NCBI GenBank assembly: GCA_002104905.1
Contig: MCFE01000755.1
Location: 1-38,996 of the forward strand
Length of the DNA stretch: 38,996 nucleotides
Origin: Basidiobolus meristosporus CBS 931.73
Lineage: Eukaryota; Fungi; Basidiobolomycota
Direction: 5' to 3'
In this document: positions 10,687-22,322 of the stretch, piece after piece
How positions within the stretch are numbered: the first letter of the stretch is position 1
Layout of the letters: each line of letters starts with the position of its first letter
Translations under genes and position numbers: made by a program
Notes under the pieces: generated by a model
What the model saw: only the letters and a program-made list of their open reading frames with translations
Database searches by the model: none
Told to the model about the DNA's origin: nothing

Positions 10687-13384
10687 ATATTGTAAGTAAA
10701 TCCCAACAAGGAATTTGGTCAGTATTCTCTAGGATTTGAAGGTAATGATTTAAGTGACTAAGTTAGATGAGTATTCAGGTGGAATTCAAAATTTTACAAC
10801 ACTCCCACTTGGGTAAGTGTTCATACTGACTAGTCCTAATTTTGACCTAAGATATTCAAGCGTTTCTCTAGCTAGTGGTTTGGTAAATATGTCTGCAATC
10901 ATTTCATCTGTAGGACAGTAAACTAAGCTAACTAAGTTATTCTCTATAGCTTCACATATGAAATGATGTCAAGTATCTATGTGCTTGGTTCAAGCATGAA
11001 AAGTTGGATTTCTACTTGGTTGTATACATCCTTGATTATCTTGAGGGAAAGTAATAGGCATTTTTTGACATAGGCTTTAGTCTCTTCCAATGTTGCTAAG
11101 ATAGTGGCAGCTATAATAAGAACATCCACGTATAGAGCTAATAGAACTGGATTTGCTCAATCTGGCTTATAGTATATACTATAGTCAGCATTACTCCTTT
11201 TTAAACTCAAAGATTCCAAATAAGAATCTATCTTGCAATTCCAGGCTCTTAGTGATTGTTTGAGACCATATAGTGACTTTTTAAGCTTGCAGACCAAGTT
11301 GGGGTTATCTTGGTCCACAAACCCATCAAGATGGTTCATATACACATCCTCATCAAGTTCCCCATTAAAAAATGCAGCTTTTACATCCATTTGATGAGTA
11401 AAAAGCTTTTATTTGGCTACAATAGCCAATATTAATCTGATGATATTAAACTTGACTACCAGTGCAAAGGTCTCAGTATAGTCAAGCCCTTTTGTTTGAG
11501 AGTATCCTTTGGCCACAAGTCTTGCTTTGTATCTTTCAACTGTACCATCAGCCTTGTATTTTGTCCTGAAGACCCATCTGCATCCAATTGATTTTTGGTT
11601 GATTGGTAACTTGACAAAGTCCCAAGTTTGATTTTCAATCAGGGCCTGATATTCCTCAGTCATTGCAGATCTCCAAAACTATGTCAGAGGGCTGTTTAGG
11701 GCCTCTTTTACAGTCTGGGGCTCATCAGTATGGACTGAATAGTTATAGGCTAAGTTTGTACCCTCATTGATATAGTAATTTGGGCTATTTCTTGTCTGAT
11801 TTGATCTCCAGGCATTTGAAATTGGAATGATCACTTCAGGGATATTCCTGATCACTGATGCAGGCTGAACCATGGTTGTAGAGTCCTCTGGAGTGAAAAG
11901 ATCTTCATTGTTTTGCTCTGATTCAATCCTGACAATAGGTGGACTTGAGATCAGATTTTCATCATCATCTGATGTCATTATCTGTGAGAATTTTGAATTT
12001 TCATCAAACAACACATCCCTGGACTAGATTAGCTTCTTGACTTTGGTATTGTAGAGTGTGCATGCTTAACTCTTATTGCAGTATCCCAATAATTTGCATT
12101 CTACACTTTTTGGCTCAAATTTTGACTGATTTCTGGGCAGTTTCTTGGCATATGCTGTACACCCATATATTCATAGATGTTTTGTACTTAGTCTGTGTCC
12201 ATACCATGCTTCAAATGGAGTAGAATCATAAAGTATACTGTCATAGCTCCTATTTCTAATGTATACAGTAGTGGCAACTGATTCTGTCCAAAAATCATAG
12301 GATAATTTTTAATCATCAATCATAAATCTTGCCATATCAATTATTGATCTGTTAGCACGTTCTGTTACTCCATTTTGCTGTGGGGAGTATGGTAAAGTAG
12401 TCTCTTGCTTTATCCCATGAATTTTGCAGAAGTGGATGAAGAGTTTTGCGGTATATTCACCACCATTGTCAGAGCATATTTTCTTGATTTTTTGGCCAGT
12501 TTCTCTCTCCACCATAGCTTTGAGCTCCGTGAACTTAGACAGAGTTTCTTCCTTTCTCTCCATGAAGTAGACCCATGTGTATCTTATACAATCATCAGTA
12601 AAGGTGATTAAATACTTTATCCCACCTAAGGATTAATTTTGCATTTGTCCACACCAATCTGAGTAAATTAGATGTATTTTTTTCTTAGTTTTGATCAACC
12701 CAGAGCTCTTGAACAGTTGTCTGGCTTGTTTCCCATAAATACAGGCTTCACAGTGCTCCAAATTAGCTTGGGGATTAATTTTTACTCCAGAAATTGGCTG
12801 ATCTTTGATCATTTTGTGCAAATAATCAAAATTGATGTGCCCAAATCTCCTGTGCCAAAGCATTGGTGTTTCTTCATTTCAGTTACTTATATTGGCTTCC
12901 AAAAATGATGGAATATAAGTAAACTTGTATAGATTCTGATCTCTGATACTCAAAGCAATATGGGCACCATTTTGATCAGTGACCTTGCATCCAGAATTGT
13001 CAAAGCTGAAAATGAGTCCTTCTGCAGTGGCCTTGCTTACCAATAGTAGGTTCTGAGCTATTTCTGGTACATAGAATACTTCTTTAAAGGTCAGTGTATG
13101 GCTTCCATCATTGCTTCTTAGGCTTACTTGGATAGTTCCTTCTCCCACTGTATTAAGTGTTCTATTGTCACCCATGAAACCTTCTTAATTGGAATTTCTT
13201 GATATTGGGTTGAAAGTTCTTTTTGGTGTGTAAAGTGTTGAGATGCTTCAGAGTGAATATATCACATCTGAGAATCCTTGTTGTGGTCATATTTAGTGCA
13301 GATATGATTAATGTATCTTCAGTTGTTGCACCATTTCCATATACATGCTTCTTTTGCTGATTGTCTCTCTTCTTGAGACACTGG

Positions 13385-15391
13385 TGTAGTGGGGTCACAG
13401 TGACACCCACTGACAGATGTGTTCATTCCCATATTTTCTACTTCCCTATATCTCTACTACACTTATTTTAGTTTTATCCTATTTGCCTTACCTGATGAGT
13501 ACTATCCCACAAACCAGTTGGCTATCACACCTGTTTACCTTATTGCGTAAGTTATCCCTCACTTTATGTGAGATTACTAGCTGTAAGTGCTTCTATATTA
13601 GGCAAGTACCCATGTCAGTAACTGTGACACATGATCAACCTGTGTCACCATCCCTACCATTTTCATACCATATATGGTATCTCTATGTTACACAGGTTTT
13701 GTAGTACTGATTCCTGATTGGTTGTATGTGCTGTGCCTCTTAGAACCTCCTGGTGTGATGGTGTATAAGTCCAAGGGAGAGATACATCCAACACTTCTTA
13801 AGTGTTTTGTGTATAGGGTGTTCACTGGGTGCAATAACCTCTGACTGAAGCTTGATAGGAATACTTGGGTTCTCTCTCTAATCTAATGTGATGGGGAATA
13901 AATCCACAAACTTGTCAAGAGAAAACTATGGAGCTACAATTGCAACTTAGTTGATGTATTAACAAAAGTATGTGTTGGGTTCAGTGTCCTTTGAGATGAC
14001 TATGTACTAACGCTTCCAAAGTCAAAACAACTGTAAAGTCCACCAGCAGGGACTTGATAAGAATGCAGCTGTGGTCAATAGTTACAAAGACAGAAAAGTA
14101 TCTTTGCCTGTACAAGAACAAACTTGGGAAAGAATCAAGTATAATAAAAGATACCTACTCTGAGTATTCCTCACAAGAAGTGCCTCCAAGGTCAGTAGGC
14201 TGTCAGTGTGGTCTCCTGGGAGAGTCCTGTGGTCTGGGGTTGGAAGTTCAGGTAGCAGCAGGTAGCAGTGATCACACTAATCAACAAGTCAGCATATTGA
14301 TAAAAGGGATGATGGTTTATTATTGAGGGATAGCTTCCCTTATGTACTATTCTCACCGGCTCAGTAATTACTAGTTGTGGTGTTCCAGAAGGTTCTGGAG
14401 ATCAATAGAAATCTTAATGCCATCAGAATGAGCTAAGAGTATTCTAAGTAGGTGCTGGAAGGTTCTAGGAGGCACAGCACATCCAACCAATCAGGAATCA
14501 GTATTATGAAGCCTGTGTAACATAGGGATACCATATATGGTATGAAAATGGTAGGGATGGTGACATTGGTTGATCATGTGTCATGGGTACTGGTGTGGGT
14601 ACTTGCCTAATGTAGAAGCACTTACTGCTAGTAATCTTACATAAAGTGAGGGATAACTTATGCAATAAGGTAAGCAGGTGTGATAGTCAACTGGCTTATG
14701 GGACAGTACTGATCAGGTAAGACAAATGGGATAAAACTAAAATAAGTGTAGTAGAGATATAGGGAAGTGGAAAATATAGTATTGAGCACATCTGTCAGTA
14801 GGTGTCACTCTGACCCCACTACACCGGCACCTACTTAGAGCACTCTTAGCTCATTCTGATGGCATTAAGATTTCTATTGATCTCCAGAACCTTCTGGAAC
14901 ACCATGATTAGTTATTACTTGGCCAGTGAGAAAAGTATATATGTGAAGCTATCCCTCAACAATAAAACATCATCCCTTTTATCACTATACTGACTTGTTG
15001 ATTAGTGTGATCACTGCAACCTGCTGCTACCTGAACTTCCAACCCCAGACCACAGGATACTCCCAGGAAGCTGTGCTGACAGCCAACTGACCTTGGAGGC
15101 ACTTCTTGTGAGGAATACCTAGAGTAGGTATCTTTAATTATATTTGATTCTTTCCCAAGTTTGTTCTAATTCAGGCAAAGATACTTTCTGTCTTTGTAAC
15201 TATTGACCACAGCTGCATTCTTATCATGTCTCTGCTTGTGGATTTTTTCCCTATCACATTAGATTAGAGAGAGAACCCAAGTATTCCTAGCAAGCTTCAG
15301 TCTGAGTTTATTGCACCCAGTGAACACCCTACACACAAAACACTTGAGAAATGTTGGACATATCTCTCCCTTGGACTTATACACCTCCACA
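13385..15391 (+). mobile_element. Solo-LTR-like element X, outer copy (TGTAGTGG...CCTCCACA), inserted in the copia gag zinc-knuckle codons
   Basis: 13385-13753 plus 14828-15391 together equal the reverse complement of the inner copy; flanks CTGG/TCAG; copia sequence resumes at 15396 (TCTGATGTGTGTCC, compare ~4607). Confidence 0.88.
13754..14823 (-). mobile_element. Solo-LTR-like element X, inner copy (1070 bp, TGTGATGG...CCACTACA)
   Basis: Flanked by CTGG (13750-13753) and CCGG (14824-14827); the empty site in the third copy is CCGG (17558-17561); TATA- and AATAAA-like motifs lie on the minus strand. Confidence 0.92.
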
Positions 15392-16112
15392 TCAGTCTGA
15401 TGTGTGTCCTTTCCTTTGGCAGTAGTTGCCAAACAAGTTGTGGTTGCCTTCGTATGGTCTTAGATACTTCCCTAGTTGGTTATCATTGCTTGTTAAGGCA
15501 TTTTCTTCTTCCTTCTTATTGGTGCTTGATATACTTAATTCTTCATCCAGGAGCCATATACATAATTTAAGATCAAATCTTCAATTGCGGACTCTATGGC
15601 TGATACAATACCCTGAAACCTCTCTGTCAGGCTATATAGGATGGTAACTATCACATCCTCATCAGTAGTTGGTACACTCACAGATTCCATTTCATCTACC
15701 AGCAGGGTATTTCTGTTAATTAGATTCTTCATTTCTTATCCTGGCAGCATCTTTGTAGTAAAGAATTTTTGCCTCAGATACATTTTCTTAGCAGCTGAAC
15801 ATGACTGGTAGGCATCTTCTAATGCCTTCCAGGCATTCTTTGCTGTTTTTGCTCTTGAGCATTGAATTAGCAATTTGTCCTTAACATTAAGGCAAACACA
15901 GTTAAAGGCACTCTGTTCTTTCTTCTGGTACTTTAAGGCTTCCTCCCCTCCATTTTTAGGAGGGCATTCTTCTCCCATGACATTATCCCAAAGGCCTCTT
16001 TCTTATACCAGCATCTTCATCTTCACCTTCCACACTTGGTATTTAGATCCATCCAACTTTTCAGCAGAGGGAGCAATTCCAGTAATAGTAGTAGTAGACA
16101 TTGCAGTGAGTG

Positions 16113-16448
16113 CTGGAGATACTGGAAGTTATTGGGAGGAAAAGTAGATTATGTAGTTTTCACATAACAATTTATTGCATGTAGAAATAGTTTTAATACT
16201 TTTACATGGTCTTGGCATAACAAGCCCATATAATAGGTTAAGGCAGGTCCCAAGAACATGTGTGCAATGTTTGGGGCTGTTTGGACAGCTTTGAGAATCT
16301 TCATGCTCTGGGTACCTGGTATTTTTGTGAATATATTCCAAGTAAATCCCAACAAGAAATTTGGTCAGTATTCTCTAGGATTTGAAGGTAATGATCTAAG
16401 TGACTAAGTTAGGTGAATATTTAGCTAGAATTCCCAATTTTTACAACA
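16113..16448 (-). repeat. copia copy 2 5' LTR (terminal ~12 bp and PBS deleted)
   Basis: Homologous to 691-1038 and ends TTTTACAACA; joined directly to the gag leader across a GAGT microhomology. Confidence 0.88.
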
Positions 16449-16858
16449 TTTACATGGCGGCCATTTACTGTTATCCTGCAGGTAAGCATTCAAAATTCAT
16501 CCAGCAATGGATACAGGTAGGTATCCTGGTTGGACAGTGATCTAGGCCCAGATACCAGCAAGACTACCATTAGATTATTGCTCTCATACCGTAAGCTGGG
16601 CAGCAGATTCAGATTGATGAGAATCAGTGGCCAGCAGGATTTGCTGGTAGAGTACTTGTTGAATGAGAATCCATCAGGTGCAAAGGCAAAGGCATGGTCA
16701 TACGTACCTTCTAAGTAGCCCTTGATTCTTAGCTGTTTGTTATGTTTAGCATCAAATATATTGGATATGTTTGCACTTGATTGATACTGAGTGTGGTGCT
16801 GTATAGCTTTGCAACATTTGTTGGGCTGCATCAGCTTTCTCAGACAGGGTATGACTGG
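16449..16858 (-). pseudogene. CACTA transposase core fragment (copy 2) with the first catalytic DG motif
   Basis: AFAFAPDGFSFNKYSTSKSCWPLILINLNLLPSLRYESNNLMVVLLVSGP, a Tnp2-family signature. Confidence 0.9.
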
Positions 16859-17669
16859 TGTGGTGGTGTATAGGTCCAAGGGAGAGATATGTCCCACACT
16901 TCTCAAGTGTTTTGTGTGTGGGGTGTTCCTGGGTGCAATAACATCTGGCAAAAGCTTGCTAGGAATACTAGGGTTCTGTCTCTAATCTAATATGAGGGGA
17001 ATAAAGCCACAAGCTTGTTAAGGGAAAACTATTGAGCTACAATCCCCAACTTGGTTGGCGTCTGAACAAAAGTATGTGCTGGGTTCAGCATCCTTTGAGA
17101 TGACAATGTACTAAAGCTTCCAAAGTTTAAACAACTGTAAAGTCCACCAGCAGGGACTTGATAAGAATGCAGCTGTGGTCAATAGTTACAAAGACAGAAA
17201 AGTATTTTTGCCTGTACAAGAACAAACTTGGGAAAGAATCAAATATAATAAAAGATACCTACTCTGAGTATTCCTCACAAGTAGTGCCTCCAAGGTCAGT
17301 TGGCTGTCAGCGCGTTTTCCTGGGAGTGTCCTATGGTCTGGGGTTGGAAGTTCAGGTAGCAGCAGGTTGCAGTGATCACACTAATCAACAAGTCAGCATA
17401 TTGATAAAAGGGATGATGATTTATTGCTGAGGGATAGCCTCCCTTATATACTTTCTTGCTGGCTAAGTGATTACTAGTTGTGGTGTTCCAGAAGGTTCCG
17501 GATATCAATAGAAATCTTAATGACATCAGAATGACCTTAGAATGCTCTAAGTAGGTGCCGGAAGGTTCTAAGTGGCACAGCACATCCAACCAATCAGGAA
17601 TCAGTATTCTGAAACCTGTGTAACATGGGGATACCATATATGGTATGGAAATGGTAGGGATGGTGACAT
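16859..17669 (-). mobile_element. Solo-LTR-like element X, third copy (one end deleted)
   Basis: TGTGGTGGTGTATAGG start after CTGG (16855-16858); collinear with 13754-14570; the empty site in CACTA copy 3 is GGGTATGA-CCGG-AAT (37586-37589). Confidence 0.9.
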
Positions 17670-18517
17670 CCACATGACAGTGGTCCACTTGTACCATGTA
17701 GATGGTAAGTTGCATCCTGGAATGATTTTGGCAAGAAGTAGTAATAAATCCTCAAAGCCCCCATTACTGATATTAGTGGAAAAGCACTACTTCTATAGCC
17801 ACAATATTATATGATTCAGCAGTAGATGGATTACTGGGCTCACTTGGCTTCATTAGGTATCCTTGGCATTTGTTTCAATGGTGTTGTTCCATTGCATATA
17901 GGGATTTGACCAGGCTCATATGTGGTACTGTTGTTAGGGGAGATAGGCTCAAAATCCATCAGTGAGCTTTTTTTGTAAGAGCTATCACTTGGCATGCCAT
18001 ATTCAGAAGGCTGAAGTGAGTCTAAAGGCATCACAAACTCACCTGACTCAGTTTACACAAGGTGACAAAGATGGCCAGGTGCCAATATAGAAGTATCAAC
18101 TGGCCAGCAAGATGAGGTTGGTACAGTAGTGACCAATGAATGGTCAAATATGACTTGGGAGGCAAAACACTAGCTGTGATCCTTGTAATACTTTCTATGC
18201 TGTCTGCGTGCATCATGGCTGAGAGGCTTGCCACAATAGCCACATGGTCTTTTTTCTCTTCTCTTACAGCACTGAGTCAAAGTGGTCTTATCCATGGGGC
18301 AAACAATTTGACCTTCAACAATGTATTGCTATTATATCACTTTTTGGTCAATACTCATGTGAGCTCAAGACAGTCTTGTATTTGAGACATTGCACCCACA
18401 TGAATGTAAGATTCAATGATGACCCATCATAGTAAGCACCATAAATAAAGCTGTGGTACCATATACACATGTATATGTAACACTATTTCCCCTTTGGTTT
18501 AACTCACTTCCATATAT

Positions 18518-19618
18518 TTGCCACCAAAAAATAAAGCAAAGTTATCTGGTTCCCAACTAAACCCCACTGCTGACAACAGCAGAAGAACAATTGGAGAACA
18601 GCTTACTTTGACATTCAGAGCAACAAGCAGGGCTACATCCAAAAAAGGCCATATTAACAGTGTGCCCACTGAAGGTAATAATGCAGACTCCTCAGGCTCT
18701 CTGTCAAGTAGGCAATTGAAAACCTCTGCACAGCCACAAGCTGACCATTATGCTTAGGCAGATGAAAATGTTGCAAACACAGTACCCACAGTTGAAGACC
18801 TGCCAGTAGCTGTCATAACATCACCAGCACCCATATTAGCAAGTTTTTTGTCAGCTCATGCCAAAGCATTAATGAAGTAATTAGGTACAGTGGCTGATTG
18901 GATATATGCAGGGAGGGAGAAAATGTAGTGTTTATACCAAAGCCTAAAAGTCAAAAGACATTGAAGATCTGTTAAGCTGTTGAGTGCAACAATGAATAGT
19001 GGGCTAATATTCAAGAAGCTATCAGAAGTCTAGCATGCCATCATCACCTCAAGGCCAGCATATGATGAAACCATCAGGAACTCAAGGCCAAACAGAATGC
19101 ACTTGACTTGTCCATGAGCATTATCCTGGATTCAAGCAGGAAAATGGGCTTTGGGCCAGCATTAGTATGCTAATAAAGTATCTTTAGAATAGCAGAAGCT
19201 AGCAAAGGTGGAAGAACAAGGGTGCCATGGCTAAAAACCAGCGGATTCCTCAATAGCCTATTACAAGCAGGGCCAAAAGCTCCCAACAAGCATTAAAGAG
19301 ACATCAGGTAGCTGGAAGAATGCCAATTAGGGACAAGCAGGCAGACACAGATGCACCAGCACAACATCTATCAAGGAAAAGCTAGTACTGTTCAAGAAGC
19401 ACTCAGTCAAAGTGACAGCAAAGAACCTGGCAGTGATAAAAGCAGCAGCTTTTACAGGAGCCTGTCACAACTACGGTTACAGGCTTGAAACAAGCAGAAA
19501 AGAAAAATCAGGTTGCCAGGACAGTGCCAGCAAGAGACAAGCAGGCCAAAACAGATGCATCAGAGCAGAATTTATCAGGGAGAAAATAGACTTGTTCCGT
19601 TGGATAGTGCCACATTGA
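18518..19618 (+). pseudogene. Decayed second ORF of the CACTA element (MPPKNKAK...), divergent from the transposase
   Basis: Homologous to 38592-38996; stop codons in one copy are sense codons in the other. Continuation beyond ~18910 is inferred, since no second copy is available for comparison. Confidence 0.55.
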
Positions 19619-19961
19619 GCCATGAGTGCCAAATGATGCCATAGTGTGCCAGAGAGGCCAAATAAGCCTCTACCTGGCCACAGAGTGTGAAACATAGCTC
19701 CGCATCTTCATGCAAAGCAGCCCCTGTGTTTCACCCATTGTGTTGGAGAAAATCCATTTTTTGACCTTTTTTTTGCATCAATGTTGTGCAGGATGTGTTA
19801 GAACACAAGCAGATTGAAGATATGCATCTGGTACTCAATACCCATGGCACTCTGAATCTAGCTCCTGTAGCTTGTATCATGTCACAAAAATGAATGGCAC
19901 TATCTTGGTCCACTGGTACTATCTGGCACTATAAGTGCTTTTTATAGATCTTACTTTAGGG
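19595..19961. repeat. Repeat-rich segment with GATAGTGCCA/TGGCACTATC motifs ending in TAGGG; candidate CACTA 5' subterminal region
   Basis: Multiple direct and inverted GTGCCA motifs; homologous to 34035-34252, and in inverted form to 34268-34328, which begins exactly at the CCCTA position. Confidence 0.6.
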
Positions 19962-19974
19962 CTAATATATAAAT

Positions 19975-22322
19975 ATTTCAAGTGTTGTTTCTCAGAGATA
20001 CTAAGCTCACAGCTTTCAATGCTTCTGATGATATAATCTTATCACATATGTGCTTCATTTTGCTGCAATTTAAAATACCTTGGCCTTCACTTCTTGACAT
20101 ATTTGCTCCAGTTGCGGGTAACTATTTGGCTTACTAAATTCATTTTCTAAGGCATCTGTGAGCTTTGATTGTGTGAGATCTCCTGGTATCCTTGGTTCAC
20201 ATCCATACACTAAGTAAAATGGCAACTGTTAGGTGGTGTTGTGCACTCTGAGTCTGCAGGCAAAAAGTGCTTGATATATATACTCATCCTATCTACTAAC
20301 ATCTACACTTTCATACTTGGTCAGCATTTTCCATATTGTCCATTAAACTGCTCAGTATCTCTATTAGTTCTTAGGTCATATAACAGGGTTTGATTGGCCA
20401 CATTTTGAGGTAAGCTCCCAAGATCTTTGCCATAAAGTTTACCCCTCTATAGATAAAATTCTACAGGGCATCCAAGCTTTATAAGGATCTCATAGTCAAT
20501 GAAGCTTGCAACTTCTTGTTCACTGACTACAGGTACAGCTTTTGCAGGTGGCCATGGTCTATTGCTACTAGGATCCAATGGTTACAACAACAGGTGGTTG
20601 ACAGTCATTCAATAATGTTAGTTCCCCATCAATCAAATGGTCTTACAGGCTCCAAGGGAAAGAGTTCAGCAATTCACTTTGTTAGGCCTAGGTTAATTTG
20701 GCAGTTAGGGTTTTCTTCCTCAACTTCTCAATATCTTGTTTCGTTATGGGCCCCCGTGCTCTGACTTTCACAAGGCTATAGGTTCCCTCAATTCCAAGAA
20801 GTCCATATCCAATGTGTAGCTTATGGGCAATTAGCAATAGGGCTTCCATGGACTACTTTGTGGAGTTTTTCACCTGCTACTATAAATTTGCTGGCTTCAT
20901 CCTGGATGAACTTCTTTATCTCTTCATCCACCTCATTAGGAATGGCCTGGTCTTCCAGGTAGTATGGTAACAAACTACAGCAATCTGTTACATGCAACAA
21001 GCTGAGTTGTGCCACTTGCTCTAGCTATGTTAAGGCATCAGCAACCATGCGGTTCTTCCCTGGGCAGCAAATAATGCCCAAGTCAAATTGCTGAATGTAC
21101 TACTCTATCTTGCCATTCTGCAGGATAGTGCCTTCTGAGTAACATATATACTCAAATAAGGTGTGAATAGTGTTCACAGTGCCTTTGACTCCTTCAATGT
21201 GGTATCTTTAGGTCTTCATGCAGTGTATTATGGCAAGCATCTCCATCTCATGAGTTGGATAGCTTTGTTCTGCTGAGTTCAGCTTCTTGGATTAAAAAGC
21301 AAGTAGTTCTTTCCCTCATTTACTTGACTCATTACTTCATGACTGCATAAACTGAGGCTTCTGTGTACAAAGCCAACTCTTTTCTAAAGTCTGGTATTCC
21401 TAAGCTTAGCTGCTTAGCAAGCTCATTCTTGAGCATCTGAGTGGCAATCTGACAGGCTATGTAGCACATCAAGGTGTTGTTGTTCTTGAGAATATCAGTT
21501 AGAGGGGCTGGAGAGATATGAGTTCTCAAATGCTATCAGGCTGCTTCAGATTCTTGATGACTTCAGTCTTCTTGGGGTCTAAGATCACTCCTGTGCTAGT
21601 CACTATGCAACTCAGTTATTCAAAATGTTCCTTCAAGAATTCACATTTTGCTATCTTACTGTACAGCTTGCTCTTATTTAGCAGCTTCAAGACCTTTTCA
21701 ATGTGCATCAAGTGGTCCTATTCTGACTTACTCTATATCAATATGTCATATATGTAAGTTACCACAGATTTGCTCAAGTACTCCTGGAAGATGTTTGCAA
21801 GGTCATGAATGTTGCAGGGGTGTTTGTGATGCTAAAACACTTGACTTAGTACTTTTAATGTCCATGTCTGGTCCTGAATGCTGTTTTAGGGATGTCTTCT
21901 GGTTTCACTCTAATCTGGTTGTGTCCTGACATGAGGTCAGCCTTGCTGAATATGGTAGCCTTGTTGAATTGGTACAAAAGCTCAACAATCTGGTGTATGG
22001 GGTAATCACTCCTCACAGTAACTGTGTTTGCAGCTCTATGCTCAAGGCATATCCCAAGTATTCCATCCTTCCTTCTCACAAAAAGCACTGGTGCTCCTCA
22101 AGGCAACTTGCTGTTTCAGATATATACTTGTTTCAACAACTGATCTATTTGTTTCTTCATCTCCACCAATTCCAATGGACTCATTCTGTCAGGTATCTTG
22201 CTCACTGAAGAGCTGTCTCCTGTTTCAATGGCATGATCCACATATCTGACTAGTTGTAGGCATACAAGCTCATCTGGAAACACATCATTGTATTCCCTTA
22301 AAAGAGTCTGGCCATCCTGGGG
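19975..22322 (-). mobile_element. pol: Ty3/gypsy pol fragment G2 (RT-RNase H-integrase), heavily decayed
   Basis: [43 protein letters not shown]; collinear with the reverse complement of 27250-29280. Confidence 0.88.

Larger units (their letters stand above)
10687..16448 (-). mobile_element. Ty1/copia copy 2 inserted in the CACTA transposase
   Basis: Partial 3' LTR 10687-10801 with PPT; RT (WVFRTKYKADGTVERYKARLVAKGYSQ, MDVKAAFFNGELDEDVYM); integrase (SDNGGEY, PYSPQQNGVTERANR); GAG-pre-integrase (LWHRRFGH...CEAC); gag; 5' LTR ~16113-16448. An RT/RNase H deletion lies near 11075. Confidence 0.92.
8499..19961 (-). mobile_element. CACTA/CMC transposon copy 2, interrupted by four nested insertions; right end at 19961 is tentative
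   Basis: CCCTATGAAAAATAG terminus. Segments 8499-8610, 8964-10686, 16449-16858 and 17670-18910 are collinear with 35202-38996. TAGGG at 19957-19961 follows a repeat-rich subterminal region. No TSD found. Confidence 0.7.

Noticed and set aside
13385-14823. A single DNA transposon with 365-bp TIRs
   Set aside because: The apparent TIRs come from one copy of X nested in an inverted copy. The sequence continues past 14827 as the rest of the outer copy, and the empty site at 17558 proves the insertion.
13754-14823. Confident classification of X as Ginger1
   Set aside because: The target site fits, but the terminal repeats are only ~11 bp, no transposase is present and the layout is LTR-like; left unclassified.
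20743-20753. GTTATGGGCCC as a copia-type PBS
   Set aside because: It is not adjacent to an LTR and lies inside the antisense of gypsy G2 coding sequence.
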